DNA of 64,000 nucleotides. Source: Squalus acanthias. Taxonomy: Eukaryota. A program made the position numbers and the translations under genes. The number at the start of each line of letters is the position of its first letter. Within the stretch, counting starts at the first letter, position 1. The stretch spans positions 15,874,001-15,938,000 of the forward strand of contig CM059433.1 of assembly GCA_030390025.1 (NCBI GenBank), written 5' to 3'. The notes beneath the pieces were generated by a model, which was not told where the DNA came from, did not search any database, and saw only the letters and a program-made list of their open reading frames with translations. Below, in pieces: positions 1 to 13,135 of this stretch.

Positions 1-1357
1 TGACTTGGACATATACTGACATTCTTTCATCATCACTGGGTTAAAATCCTGGAATTCCCTACCTAACACCATTGTGGCAGCTTCACCCTCACAAGGATTG
101 CAGCGGTTCAAGAGTAAGGCCCACCACCACCACCTTCTCAGAGCAACCAGGGATCGAGGGAAGGGGAATAAATGCGGCCTTGCCAGCATCACCCACATCT
201 TGAGTACAATAATAAAAGGCTCTGAATTCCTCAGGGGTTTCCAGCTTAACTTCCCAGAAGTAGACAGGGACCCAAATACCCCAGGTCCCCACCAACTTTT
301 GGATTTACCAGTTGACCTTGTAAGAGTCGGAACCTCCACCCACCCCTCATATGCCAAGGGAGTGAGCCCGGGAGGTGGGAACTCTTTACAGTGGTATTTC
401 CCTGTTCCCTTGCCCAAAAGGGATCCCGGTGTGAGAGTGATCAGGTACACTAGCCTTCAGAAGGGTGCAAGTGGGATCCCACTGGGACGGGGTGGGGCGG
501 GGCGGGGGGAGGGTGGATCCAGCTCAGGAAAGTAATTTTGAAGTATAGTCACTGTTGTCAAGTAGGAAACGTGGCATAACCATCATTCTGCCATTACCAT
601 CAAGCCAGGGGACCAACCCTGGTTCATTAAGGGGTGTAGAAGAGCATGCCAGGAGCAGCACCAGGCGTACCTAAAAATGAGGTGCCAACCTGGGGAAGCT
701 GCAACACAGGACTACATGCATGCTAAGCAGTGGAAGCAGCATGCTAGAGACAGAGCTAAGCGATCCCACAACCAACGGATCAGGTCAAAGCTCTGCAGTC
801 CTGCCACATCCAGTCGTGAATGGTGGTGGACAATTAAACAACTAACAGGAGGAGGAGGCTCCATGAACGTCCCCATCCTCAAAGATGACAGAGCCCAGCA
901 ATTCAGTGCAAAAGAGAAGGCTGAAGCATTTGCAACCATCTTCAGCCAGAAGTGCTGTGTGGATGATCCAGCTCGACCTCCTGCTGAGGTCCGCACCATC
1001 ACAAAAGCCAGTCTTCAGCCAATTCAATTTACTCCGCGAGATATCAAGAAATGGCTGAGCGCACTGGATACGGCAAAGGCTATGGGCCCTGACAACATCC
1101 CGGCTATCGTGCTGAAGACTTGTGCTCCAGAACTAGCTGTGCCTCTAGACAAGCTGTTCCAGTACAGCTACAACACTGGCATCTACCCAGCAATGTGGAA
1201 AACTGCCCAGGTATGTCCTGTCCACGAAAAGCAGGTCAAATCCAATCCGGCCATTTACCGCCCCATCAGTCTACTCTCAATCATCAGCAAAGTGATGGAA
1301 GGTGTCACCGACAGTGCTATCAAGCGACACTTACTCACCAATAACCTGCTCACTGAT

Positions 1358-1589
1358 ACGACAGCAAAATACTGCGGATGCTGGAAATCCGAAATAACAA
1401 CAGAAAACGCTGGAAAAACTCAGCAGGCCAGGCAGCATCCGCGGAGAGAGAAACAGAGTTAACGTTTCAAGTCGAAGACCTTTCGTCAGAACTGGAAAAA
1501 AGCAGGAAATGAAATAGATTTTAAAGCAAGTTTAGGGCTGGGAAAAGGGGGAGGGGATGAAAGAACAAAAGAGAAGGTCAGTGATAGGA
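1358..1589 (-). mobile_element. Penelope-like element terminal (pseudo-LTR) fragment inserted in the LINE
   Basis: 11-bp duplication TGCTCACTGAT at 1347-1357 and 1590-1600. The sequence matches the Penelope-like fragments at 16345-16850 and carries a hammerhead core. Confidence 0.8.
1457..1493 (-). ncRNA. Minimal type I hammerhead ribozyme motif
   Basis: Minus strand reads AGTT-CTGACGA-AAGGTC-TTC-GACTT-GAAA-CGTT-AACT: CUGANGA and GAAA core, stem II, and stem I AGTT/AACT. Confidence 0.7.
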
Positions 1590-2289
1590 TGCTCACTGAT
1601 GCTTAGTTTGGGTTCCACTAGGACCACTCGGCTCCAGACCTCATTACAGCCTTGGTCCAAACATGAAAAAGAAAGAGCTGAATTCTAGAGGTGAGGTGAC
1701 AGTGACTGCCCTTGACATCAAGACAGCATTTGACCGAGTGTGGTATCAAGGAGCCCTAGTAAAATTGAAGTCAATGGGAATCAGGGGGTAAACTCTCCAC
1801 TGGCTGGAGTCATACCTACCACTAAGGAAGATGGTTGTGGTTGTTGCAGGCCAATCATCTCAGCTCCAGGATATCACTGCAGGAGTTCCTCAGGGCAGTG
1901 TCCTAGGCCCAACCATCTTCAGCTGCTTCATCAATGACCTTCCCTCCATCATAAGGTCAGAAGTGAGGATGTTCGCTGATGATCAAACAGTGTTCAGTTC
2001 CATTTGCAACTCCTCAGATAATGAAGCAGTCCATGCCCGCATGCAGCAAGACCTGGACAAAATTCCGGCTTGGGCTGATAAGTGGCAAGTAACATTCGTG
2101 CCAGGCAATGACTATCTCCAACAAAAGAGAGTCTAACCACTTCACCTTGACATTCAATGGCATTACAATCGCCGAATCCCCCATCATCAACATCCTGGAG
2201 GTCACCATTGACCAGAAACTTAACTGGACCAGCCACATAAGTACTGTGGCAACAAGAGCAGGTCAGAGGCTAAGTATTCTGCGGCACGT

Positions 2290-4125
2290 TGTAGGCTTCG
2301 CAAAATCCCCCAGAAACTCGAATAGAACCCTAAAGGGGGTGAATTTTGGATCTTAACACGAATTTGGAATGGTGGGACCGAAATGAAGGAATTTGAGGTC
2401 AAAACCTCCGTTTTGAAGTACATTTTGACAGGATCAAGGAAGAAAAAAAGCCATGAGGAAAATGACTTTGGATGATAAGATACCTTTTTTAAAAAAAGGG
2501 CCATTGGGTAAACCTGCAGTCACAGAAACACAGGCTGCGGGAAGGGGTGTGGTGAGGCAGTGGACAGCTTTTGGGTATTGGGACCAAGTCAAGCTGTCTG
2601 GGAGATGTTTGCACTGCAATCCAACCAAGGAGGAAGAGCCTCATCCAAAACATCACAAACACATTCAAAAATGAATAAACCAAGACCCCTTTTGAAATCC
2701 CCAGGTCCAGACAGGATGCTGGGAGTCTGAAAACAATTCCTAACAATAAAACTTCCAGTACACAGTTTCATAGCCCATCATCCCATCAAAAAACGATTAG
2801 CCAAGTATCGACAGGAACAGTTTAACAAGCCCGCCAAAACCTAAGACAAAAGAAGCGAGATTTGGCGGGTAGATAGAGGCCCTGTCTCAATGGAAGACAT
2901 CGGTAGCCATCAGGACAAGTTAACACTAAGTTAAAGTCATCAGACTTAACGAGCCCGCCAAAACCTAAGACAAAAGAAGCGAGATTTGGCGCGAAGATAA
3001 ACAGGCCTCAACTGAAACCTAAATCATTTTAACGCAAAATCGATTAGTAAAGCAGTTTTGGCGCGAAAAACACAATAGACCTGAACAGTATAATTGGGGG
3101 CCTATTCCCCCAAGAAGCAAGTGAAGAAGAAGCTGCACAAGTTCAACACACACGACACGAGGGCGACACCAGAGCCAAGCAACAAGGAACAAGTCACAAG
3201 AAGAACCTTCGGAAGGCAGGCAGGCCTAAAGCCACGGGCAAGAAGACACAAGGAACCCGAGAGACACTGTGGTGGTGTCTGCTCAAGCCGTGCGGTTTGT
3301 TACAACACTATACTAAAAGTTAGTTCAAGGCTGTCCAGAGAGGCAGTTTAAAGTTAGTAACAGTACCGAGGCACGCAAGGACAACACGCCACAGTAAGGG
3401 GGGTCATCGATGGACCCGACTGGGAAAAGGTTCCCAACGCCTCGCAGCAACCAAGGCCCCACGAACCAACCAACACAACGCCACTGCGACCACCGAAAGA
3501 CCAACACCAGGAAAAACCGAAGACACGCAAGTTTCTACGCTACAAACTATTCCTGACTTACCCCTGGGTAAGATTTTTCCTTAAAAACTCTAAACCCTAC
3601 CTCTAACGAAGAAAAATTGGGTACTCACCTGATAGATCCACATACGCACCTTACCGCATCAGCGGACAGACCCAAACTGACCTGGAGTGCAGCTGGAATC
3701 TTCTACCACGTCTGGGGTACGGCAGGCCCCAACAACCAAGAACCCCAGTGAACCCCGAAATCGCGAAATACCTCAACTGTCAAGAACTGTCATTTGGTGA
3801 GCATTATCCCTGGTCCTCTGGAATTGAACCTAGCTAGGCTGTGGGATTGGGAGGGATAAGGGGTTTTGTATACTGTAATTCTCCCTCGCCTGTACCGTGT
3901 GTTCCCCAACCTGTGTTTAAGTATTAAGTGTGTTTTAAGATTGTTTGTGTTGTATTTACCTTTTCTTGAATAAAAGTCAAAGTTCTTTCATCAAAACCTG
4001 TTGTCTACTGCACTTTGTTCACGACCCCCAAATAAGTCCAAGGTCTAGAACCAGGGGAGTGGGAGCGATTCGAACCGCTCACTGAAGTCAGAGGTGAAGC
4101 TGACCCTACCACACCACCCCCTACA
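2290..4125 (+). mobile_element. Long solo LTR, family A copy 1 (about 1.8 kb)
   Basis: TGTAGG...CCTACA termini, ACGT TSD (2286-2289/4126-4129), AATAAA near 3969, internal duplication near 2824-2867/2948-2991. It interrupts the LINE. Confidence 0.8.
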
Positions 4126-5254
4126 ACGTGTCTCACCTCCTGACACCCCAAGCCTTTCCACCATCTACAAGACACAAGTCAGGAGTGTGATGGAATACTC
4201 TCCACTTGCCTGGATGAGTGCAGCTCCAACAACACTCAAGAAGCTCGACACCATCCAGGACAAAGCAGCCCACTTGATTGGCACCCCATCCACCACCTTA
4301 AACATTCACTCCCTCCACCACTGGCGTACAATGGCTGCAGTGTGTACCATCTACAAGATGCAGTGCAGCAACTCGCCAAGCCTTCTCCCAAACCCGTGAC
4401 CTCTACAACCTAGAAGGACAAGGGCAACAGGTGCATGGGAACACCATCACCTCCAAGTTCCCCTCCAAGCCATACACTATCCTGACTTGGAAATATATCG
4501 CCGTTCCTTCATCGTCGCTGGGTCAAATTCCTGGAACTCCCTCCCCAGCAGCACCATGGGAGTACCTTCACCACGCGGACTGCAGCGGTTCAAGAAGGCA
4601 GCTCCCCACCACCTTCTCAAGAGCAATTTGGAATGGGCAATAAATGCTGGCCTTGCCAGTGATACCCACATCCCAGGAACTAATTTTTTTTTAAAAACAC
4701 GAGGCTGGTGATTGTGTGGAACATACCACCCTCAGGATAGATTTTTGGTCAGAGTGTTTGACGTCTATAAAAGACTCTTTACTGGCCGGTTGGACCACAA
4801 TGACCTGTATACATTTCAGTGTTCCTCCTTGATTTAAGTCCTGCTTTGGTGCTGTCTGTAGAGTGGCGTCTGCTCATTTGTTGCAGTCTCTAAACTACCT
4901 TTTTCAGTCAGCCACATCCAACAGCACATCTGAAACTGACATTGAAAAAGCGAATTGCATGTGTCCTCATTAAGTTGTACAATTATATCATGAACGCTTG
5001 GTGCACATCATTGTACCTGGTATGATTATGCCTTCAACTATTAAAGACAAAGACAGCTCAGAGAGTTGAATGCTGTATTTGTATTGTCTCATGAGGGCAA
5101 GTGTAAAGATGGATTCCTCCCCAGAGGTCTTCACCCAAAGTTCATCATCATAGCCATGAGGTGGGCAGGGAGTTATATAATGTATAAATACTTCAAAGCA
5201 CTTTATCCACAAAGAATTACTGCAAGTCTTTCTTTTTCTTTCCCCTACAGTGAC

Positions 5255-5710
5255 TTGTTATGTAGGCCAACATAGCAGCCATTTTGCACACAGTAAAATC
5301 CCACAAACAGTAGCGAGATGGTAATCGGGTTAATCTCTTTTTTAGCAGAGTTCATTGAGAAAGGGAGTTTGTTTAGAATACCTGTTGACCAAGACACCAG
5401 AAGCCACTGCTCTTCTTGAAATAATACCATCGGATCTTCAATCTCCACCTGAGCAGGCAGTTTAACATTTCACCTGAATGATTGCACCTCGAATAAGGCA
5501 GCAATCCCTTTCTTCTGCATTAGAGTGTCAGTTTAGTTTGTATGTTCAAGTCGTGTAGAAACATAGAAACATAGAAAAATAGGAGCAGGAGTAGGCCATT
5601 CAATATGATCATGGCTGATCCTCTATCTCAATACTGATTCTCTATCTCAACAGGGGGCTTGAACCCGGAATCTTCTGAGTCAGAGGCAGGAGAGTCATCA
5701 CTAAGCTGAA
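5255..5710 (-). mobile_element. Degenerate tRNA-headed Deu-type SINE containing a short CR1-tail insertion (about 5558-5650)
   Basis: Visibly homologous to the SINE at 57395-57845, with a box B-like GGGTTCAAGCCCC on the minus strand. Confidence 0.6.
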
Positions 5711-6760
5711 CTGATAGCTCTTCAATTCACTCCTACAGAAGAACTTCTGCTTTGTCTAAATATTTTGCTTTCCTTTCAAGCCTCATTCTATGACATCTCT
5801 CCATTGGTGAATGGGTTAATTAATACCTAGTTCCAGATATTAAGATCAGAATACCTCCTGATTGTTGTGGAAATGCTCTATTTCATAAACCTTGGCAATT
5901 GTTTTCCACAGTATTTTTCACTATTGTCTTTTGTCTGGTCTATAACATTTCCACGTCTTCAGTCTATTACATTATTCCAATTATTGTGGAAGGAACAACA
6001 GGAAACAGTTATAGTACATAGCTAATGTATTCTTTTCCAGTACAAACTTTTCTGTTCCTGGCAACGTCTATGATTACTGATGGAAATCTCGTAGCTGGGT
6101 AAGACAGTCAATAATTGGAGGAAGTGAGGTTTGGCTATGTTTTGCCCTTTCTGTATGCTGTTAAAACTATTGAAAACATTCTTAATGTGAGTAGGCTGTG
6201 CGACTCATGTCTATTGTGGCAATGCCGTTACTTCAGCACAAGGTGAGTCATAGTTCACCTCTCAAAACAAATATGCTGGGAAGTGACTTTAATTCATTTG
6301 TCAACACAAATTGGGTACAAATCAATAATCAAAACTATATTGAAGAGAAAGTTAATTTTGTTTCACTGATACAGCATGAATTGCTTCCTTTATATCCTTG
6401 TAAAAAGCAGCATTAAAACCTTCATTTAATTGACAGACATGAGCTCTTCCATTTACACTTCAATTATTCTCTAGTTTTCATCCAACTAGAAGTTTAATTG
6501 AGTGGACTTTAGATTATATAAAGAAACATTTTTCTTCAAGTTGAAAAATACGATTTTTATTTTTGTTTAAATCTTTTTTTGAAACAGAGATTAATAATTT
6601 TACTGAGAAGTTTTAAAATCAGCAGAATATTATTCTTATTAATTATTTGGTTAACACAAACTCGACAGTTGCACTGGCATCAAACTGATCCTAACTAAAT
6701 ATTAGACCATTGTATCTTGTAATACAGAAAAGTAGATTAGACCAAGTACTGAGCGGAACC

Positions 6761-8053
6761 TGTAAGGTTTCCAAAATTTCCGGTTCCGCAAAAACCTAAG
6801 GAAAAAGGACGTTGGAACTACCTCAGAGTGATAAAAATGCATTTGGGCCTAACCTAAGGAATTTAAGACCAAAACCCAAGTTTTGGCATTTTAAAACTAT
6901 GTCTGGACCTGTAAGGGAGAAAAGGCTGCACAGGAGTAGGGGTCCGACCTCTGTAAAAGCAGTTTGGCTATTGCAGTTAATTACACTGTCTGGGGAACCG
7001 TCTGACCTCACTTAAAACCCCAGCAGACATTAACATTTTGACAATAGACCCTGGGAGAAGATAGTCCCACCCAAAATAACAGGCTCCATCAAACCGATTA
7101 CAGGGCCCATCAGAAAACATGCATAATACAAATCACTCAGGCCAATTTCTATAGAAAGATTGAGTCCAGCCTAGAAACCCAAAACATGAGGACAATTCAA
7201 ACTCTGACTAAACAACAGATCGACAGGATGGAGCTATCCTGAAACCACTTCACACATTTACGAACCAGTTAACACGCTAGTAAAGTCATTACTGTTAATG
7301 AGGCCTCCAAAAATCTTACAATGACCGGGATTTGATTTTGGTTTTGATAAGGAAACTTCAATTAGTATAATTGAAAGGCTATTTTCTCAAGAAGCCAGTT
7401 CTCCAGTAAAACAGTTCAAGTTCAACAGAAGGCAGTTCTGCAGTTTCGAGTTCAATTGAAAGCCTGTTTTCAGCAGAAGTGAGGGCTGGAGTTACAGAGT
7501 TCAGGAGAAGCAAAGAGAAGGCAGTTCCACAGCTCGGAAGAAGACAGTTTAAACAGAGGCAGAGTTCAACAGAAAGAAGTTCAACAAAGAAGGCCAACAG
7601 CTCCAGAAGTAGGCCGACACGCAAGAAGAGACCAGAGCGACCGCCTCAGTGACCATCGGACACCTCGCGGCAACAAGGGCCTTACGAAACCTTTTACTCA
7701 AAAGACTCTAAACCCTAACTCTCAACTCTCAAGGATTCGTTTGGTGAGCATTATCCCTGGTTCTCTGGAGTCCAACCTAGCTAGGGAAGTGGGATTGGGA
7801 GGGGTGAAGTATTCTTTTAATGTTATTTCCCTTGCTTGTAACGAAGTGTTCCCCACCTTTAGAGTGTTAAGAGTGTTTGTGTTGTGTTTTACTTTCTTAA
7901 ATAAAGATCAAAGTTCTTTCATCAAACTCAGTTGTCTGCTGCACCTTTTGTCACAACCCCCAAATAAGTCCATGGTCTAGAACCAAGGGAGTGGGAGCGA
8001 TTCGAACCGTTCAGAAGTCAGAGGCAAAGCTGACACAAACCACCACCCCTACA
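6761..8053 (+). mobile_element. Solo LTR, family A copy 2 (about 1.3 kb)
   Basis: TGTAAGG...CCTACA termini. The last ~320 bp are clearly homologous to 3795-4125. The flanks share ACC (an imperfect or 3-bp TSD). Confidence 0.75.
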
Positions 8054-8974
8054 ACCTTACAAAAAGTAAAACTCCATACATTAAGTAACCATAACTTTCT
8101 GACATGTCCCCTCTGTTTACCTGGCATTTACTTTCTTACCACACAGTTCATTAACTCTTTTAATTAAATTATGCAGCATCACTGTTCTTCACAATTTATC
8201 TCTATGTCATGAACAAAATCTATTCCAGGGTAGCGGGTTTTGCCAATAATTAAGTCCTCCACCTCCCTTGTCTGCAGAAGTAGACAGACTGTTTGTCAAT
8301 ACAGGAAGCTTATGACTCACTACAAATGGTGGCTGCGTGTGTCATTAGAAGCCCACCACAAACAGATTATTTTTCAAAGAAAACTTGAGCTGCCTTTTCA
8401 TGAGCAATACAAACCTGCAAGTATTTAATAACCATTGAACTCTTGGTAGGCTTTTCCAATGGTACTAACTCATTGTAATCTTTCACTGAATAATAATGAC
8501 ACAGGGCTTGCTACTTAAAGTGCACACTGAAGACTTGCCATCTGAGTCATCAAATGGTCACCACTAATAGATGTAGTGAACTAGAGGAGAAAGAAACTCA
8601 TGCCATTAACATCATTGGTTTGGGGTTAATAACATTTTTAAAAGCCCCAAGTGAAGCACATGGGATAAAAGGTATGGATAAAAGAATGCAGATAAAACAA
8701 CATATACCCGACAAAGTATGAGACAGATACTCAACATACTCGCGTATAAGACTAGAAAAGTATGCCTCTGATGCTGAAGGTAGGGGTATATCTGCGTCAG
8801 GTCATTCTCCAGGCATTCCACCAGGTGAAGCAGTTTCTTCAATGATACTGGACCTAACAGCACCTTGTCAGTAGATTCCTATCAGGTGTTGCCAACAGCT
8901 ATTCCTGACTCCTTCAGTGCTATGATATTTAATTGCAACTTTCCTCCCAACACCTTACATTAGTCCTGTATTTC

Positions 8975-9370
8975 AACAACAACAACAACAACTTGCATTT
9001 ATATAGTCCCCTTAACATAGTAAAACATCCCAAGGCACTTCACAGGAGCCTTATCAAACAAAATTTGACACCGAGCCACATAAGGTGACAAAAGCTTGGT
9101 CAAAGAGGTAGGCTTTAAGGAGCATCTTAAAGGAGCAGAGAGAGGTAGAGAGGCGGAGAGGTTTAGGGAGGGAATTCCAGAGCTTAGAGCCTAGGCAGCT
9201 GAAGGCACAGCCGCCAATGGTGGAGCGATTCAAATCGGGGATGCGCAAGAGGCCAGAATTGGAGGAGCACAGAGATCTCGGGGGGTTGTGGGGCTGGAGG
9301 AGGTTACAGAGACAGGGAGGGGCGAGGCCATAGAGGGATTTGAACACGAGGATGAGAATTTTAAAATCCA
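8975..9370 (-). mobile_element. L2-like LINE 3' fragment
   Basis: DFKILILVFKSLYGLAP...LWNSLP peptide and an (AAC)n tail on the plus strand. Confidence 0.8.
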
Positions 9371-11449
9371 ATTGATTTAAAATTGGGGACAGTCTATCAG
9401 GATAGATACAAGGATAGATATTTCAAATCAGCAGCTGCAGTCAGGACTGAAGTTGGGAGTCAGAAATTCCATTTAAATATCCTGGAGAAGTGGCAGCTAA
9501 TAGGGAAATGCCAGAATAAATGAGAAAGAATAGAGGAAAATGCATTTGTGGTCACCAACCAATAGGACGGTGGCAGATAGAGGCTTTGTAATGTTGACCC
9601 TCGCCTTATATGAGGGCCATAGATTTTTCTCAGGGTAATGTCTTCTACACCGAGCGCTTTATACATTAGTATATATAGTATGCGTTGTACAAGTTCATAT
9701 ATCTAAATCTACTGCTTGAACAAGCAAGCTCTCAAGATATCAGCTGTTCACTTGTGCTTTTTTGTATCCATTTTTGTGAAGCTTGAGTAATCTCCTACAA
9801 AACAGCAATATTACAATTGTGCCTATATTTAGATCAAATACAATACAGTAAAAAGTCATCTGATTCTAAGCCTTTTAAAATGTTTTCATTTCACGCTTAA
9901 CCCTTTCGTGAGTCTAATAGGATTGATGTGCCAAAATCAAAACGTTACAATTATTCAGATTACTGAGGGATGTATACTAATTAAGAAAATGTTCTGTATG
10001 GGTTTGTGCATCTTCCCAATTATACTTCACGATATTTAGCAATCACGATTTTCGTGTTATTTTTAGGAGCATTTTAAAAAAAAGGAAAGAAAACCAACAC
10101 GTTGAAATTCCAAAAGATCAGTAGCCAGCAAGCTAAGAGAACACCCTCTGCAATGGTTGTTTGGGCCAACCCATTAACAGCTGTTGTTTTATTCAATTTG
10201 TTTTTAATTAAAGTGGTATCCATCCCTGAAAAAAAAACAGCTTTGAATTAATTGTATGTAGTTGGTACAACGTAATTACAAGGCTGAACTAGAAGGATTC
10301 GTCATGCAGACAATAAAAATCATTGTAAGTCTATAAGGATATAATTTTGCAAATAAATTGAGTTAAATGGTATCCCAACAGCAGCCTAAAGAGCAATCAT
10401 TATGGCTGCAGTAGCACATAGAACGGTGCTCTTAAGTCTCTGTGATTTTCTTTTGTGTTCTTTATTTGCACGTTTGTCTCTTCCCCTTTGTGTGAGTGTG
10501 TATTTTAAAACGTAAGACTCATAAATCAACTAAAATAGGAAAAAAACATACAAATGAACAGATAATTACTCATTTCCAAAGACAACAGTCTTTTAAAGTG
10601 ATGTGTCAAATGATAGCTTGCTTGGATTATTTTGGTTATATTAACATCCGAATGTATAAATAGCAGAATAGAATCTACAGTACATTTCTGGCGTTTGAAT
10701 TGGGATACTAAAATGATCCAACACGACTAATAATAGACAGGCATATGCTTGTCATACACTAAAATGTTTTGCGCCTTTTGGAATTATCGCTCAGGGCTAT
10801 CTTGCTCTTTTATCAGAGCAGAGTTAATAGCTGATATTTTGTACAAATTAGCAAAGCAATTCTGCTCCATTTTGCATGTGTGGGCACTTGTGATTTTTGA
10901 AACTGCTACTGTTAACTGAAGTGAACTGACTAATCAGGACTCATATGTGATAATGCTGCGTTCACGCCAGTAAAACCCATAAATTGCCATTTAATTTCTA
11001 TAACTGGTGAAGTATTCTTTCTTCCAGCATGGGAGTGTGCGAATCTGAACAGGAATGGCTCAGTGGAGGTTCGGTGACTAGGACTTGGATGTTTTAATTG
11101 AAAGTTTAATTCAGAGGCGAGTTGCACTTTTGGGTTGGGGGACTGCCGAATGAATATCTTCAGGGCCTAATGGACTGGTAGGAAATTACTAACAGGATGA
11201 ACTTGGATGTCAACATGTTGACCTGGGTCCCTCAAGCAACTTCTACAACTTGAAGACAGTGAAGGTAAAGCAAAAATATCCCCCTTTCTTAATAAGAACA
11301 TGAAGGACATATTTCGTAAATAACATTTTAAATGGGAGTGCCTTCAATTTTTAAATGAAATATTGTAATATCCAGAAACTTGAATGTGTAGCTGTTTGAG
11401 TAGCCACTCCTAATTGAGGCTTGGAGGCATATTTTATAGCTGAAGCTTT

Positions 11450-11900
11450 GTCAGCTTGGCTCAGTTGGTATTACTCTTCCTGCTGGGGCAGAAGGTTGTA
11501 GGTTTTAGCTACATCCAGTGTTTGAGTTCGTAATCTGGCCTGACCCTCCAATGTAGTACTGAGGCGTGGTCCATTATTGGCGGTGCCATTGTTTGGATGA
11601 GATGTTAAACCGAGGTCCCATCTATCTGATGTAGTGGTTCGGGTCTACATTAAAAATCCCACGGCAATATTCAAAAAAAGCAGGGAGTTCTCCCGGTGTC
11701 CTGGCCAACATTCCTCCCTCAAACTACATCGGCAAAAAATGAACAGATTAACTGGTAGTTTATCTCATTGCTGTTTGCAGGACATTGTGGATGCTGATTG
11801 GCTTCTGGGGTTGCTTACATGATAATTACAATATTGAGTGAAGTGTTTTGAGATATTTCAACATGATCAGGGACTACATAAATGCAAGTATTATTATTAG
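11450..11900 (+). mobile_element. tRNA-headed Deu-type SINE (SacSINE1-like), degenerate
   Basis: Head TGGCTCAGTTGG (box A-like), central GGATGAGATGTTAAACCGAGG and L2-like tail ATAAATGCAAG. Confidence 0.65.
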
Positions 11901-12149
11901 TTATGAGGTTTAAGTGTGACTTCAAGTCTGGCATTGAATAAGCAGGGTTAACTTAATAATGCAGTCCAGGAGCATTTCTTGTGAATGTTCAGAATGCTGC
12001 TTTAAATGCTTTGGGGTCCACGATCCAAGAAGCTGTCAAAGCCAGTTTCAATTTACTTGGGCAAAATTTAAAGAGAAATTTTCCTGGTCCTTGCACCTGG
12101 AAGCTAAGCCTTCTGCAAGCACAAAGCCAGGAAACAGGGTCAGAGACCC

Positions 12150-13135
12150 ATATCATATTCACAATATATATTAATGATCTAGATGACGGAACTCATCTCT
12201 AAGTTTGCAGACGACATAAAGCTGGGTGGGCATGTGTGCTGTGAGGAGGATGCAGAGAAACTCCAATATGATTTGGACTGGTTGGGTGATTATACTGCAT
12301 CTGCCATGTATCTGCCCAATGTGGATAAATGCGAGGTTATCCACTTTGGTGGCAAAAACAGGAAGACAGATTATTATCTGAACGGCACTAGATTGGGAAA
12401 AGAGAAAGTGCAACGAGATCTGGGAGTCCTTGTGCACCAGTCGCTGAAAGTAAGCATGCAGGTGCAGCAGGCGGTTAAGAAGGCAAATGGTATGTTGGCC
12501 TTCATAGCGAGAGGATTCGAGTACAGGAGCAAGGATGTCTTGCTGCAGTTGTACAAGGCCTTGGTGAGACCACACCTTAAGTATTGTGTGTAGTTTTGGT
12601 CGCCTTATCTGAGGAAGGATGTTCTTGCCATGGAGGGAGTGCAGCAAAGATTTACCAGACTGATACCTGGGCTGGCAGGAATGACGTATGAAGAGAGATT
12701 GGGTCGATTAGGCTTATATTCACCAGAGTTTAGAAGAATGAGAGGGGATCTCATTGAAACTTATAAAATTCTAACAGGACTAGACAGACTAGATGCAGGA
12801 AAGATGTTCCCGATGGCGGGGGAGTCCAGAACCAGGGGTCACAGTCTAAGGATAAGGGGTAAGCCATTTAGGACTGAGATGAGGAGGAATTTCTTCACCC
12901 AGAGAGTGGTGAACCTGTGGAATTCTCTACCACAGAAGGCAGTTGAGGCCAATTCATTAAATATATTCAAGAAGGAGATAGATATATTTCTTAAGGCTAT
13001 AGGGATCAAGGGATATGGGGAGAAAGCAGGGACAGGGTACTGAATTTGGATGATCAGCCATGATCTCATTAAATGGCGGAGCAGGCTCGAGGGGCCGAAT
13101 GGCCTACTCCTGCTCCTATCTTCTATGCTTCTATA
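12150..13135 (+). mobile_element. CR1 LINE 3' fragment (RT C-terminus and tail)
   Basis: SKFADD..KLGG, LYKALVRPHL, FFTQRVVNLWNSLP, an in-frame stop at 12591-12593 and a TTCTATG tail. Confidence 0.9.

Larger units (their letters stand above)
576..4695 (+). mobile_element. 5'-truncated CR1-group LINE (family A), RT region to 3' tail, split by two nested insertions (1358-1589 and 2290-4125)
   Basis: RT motifs KAMGPDNIP..YRPISLLS (677-1462), [14 protein letters not shown] (1831-2136) and YKTQVRSVMEY (after 4126). The LINE sequence resumes exactly after each insertion. Confidence 0.9.

Noticed and set aside
6030..6105. Possible small host exon (TTCTTTTCCAG ... GG|GTAAG; QTFLFLATSMITDGNLVAG)
   Set aside because: The splice signals are plausible, but the peptide is unrecognised and no partner exons were identified. 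It needs RNA-seq evidence.
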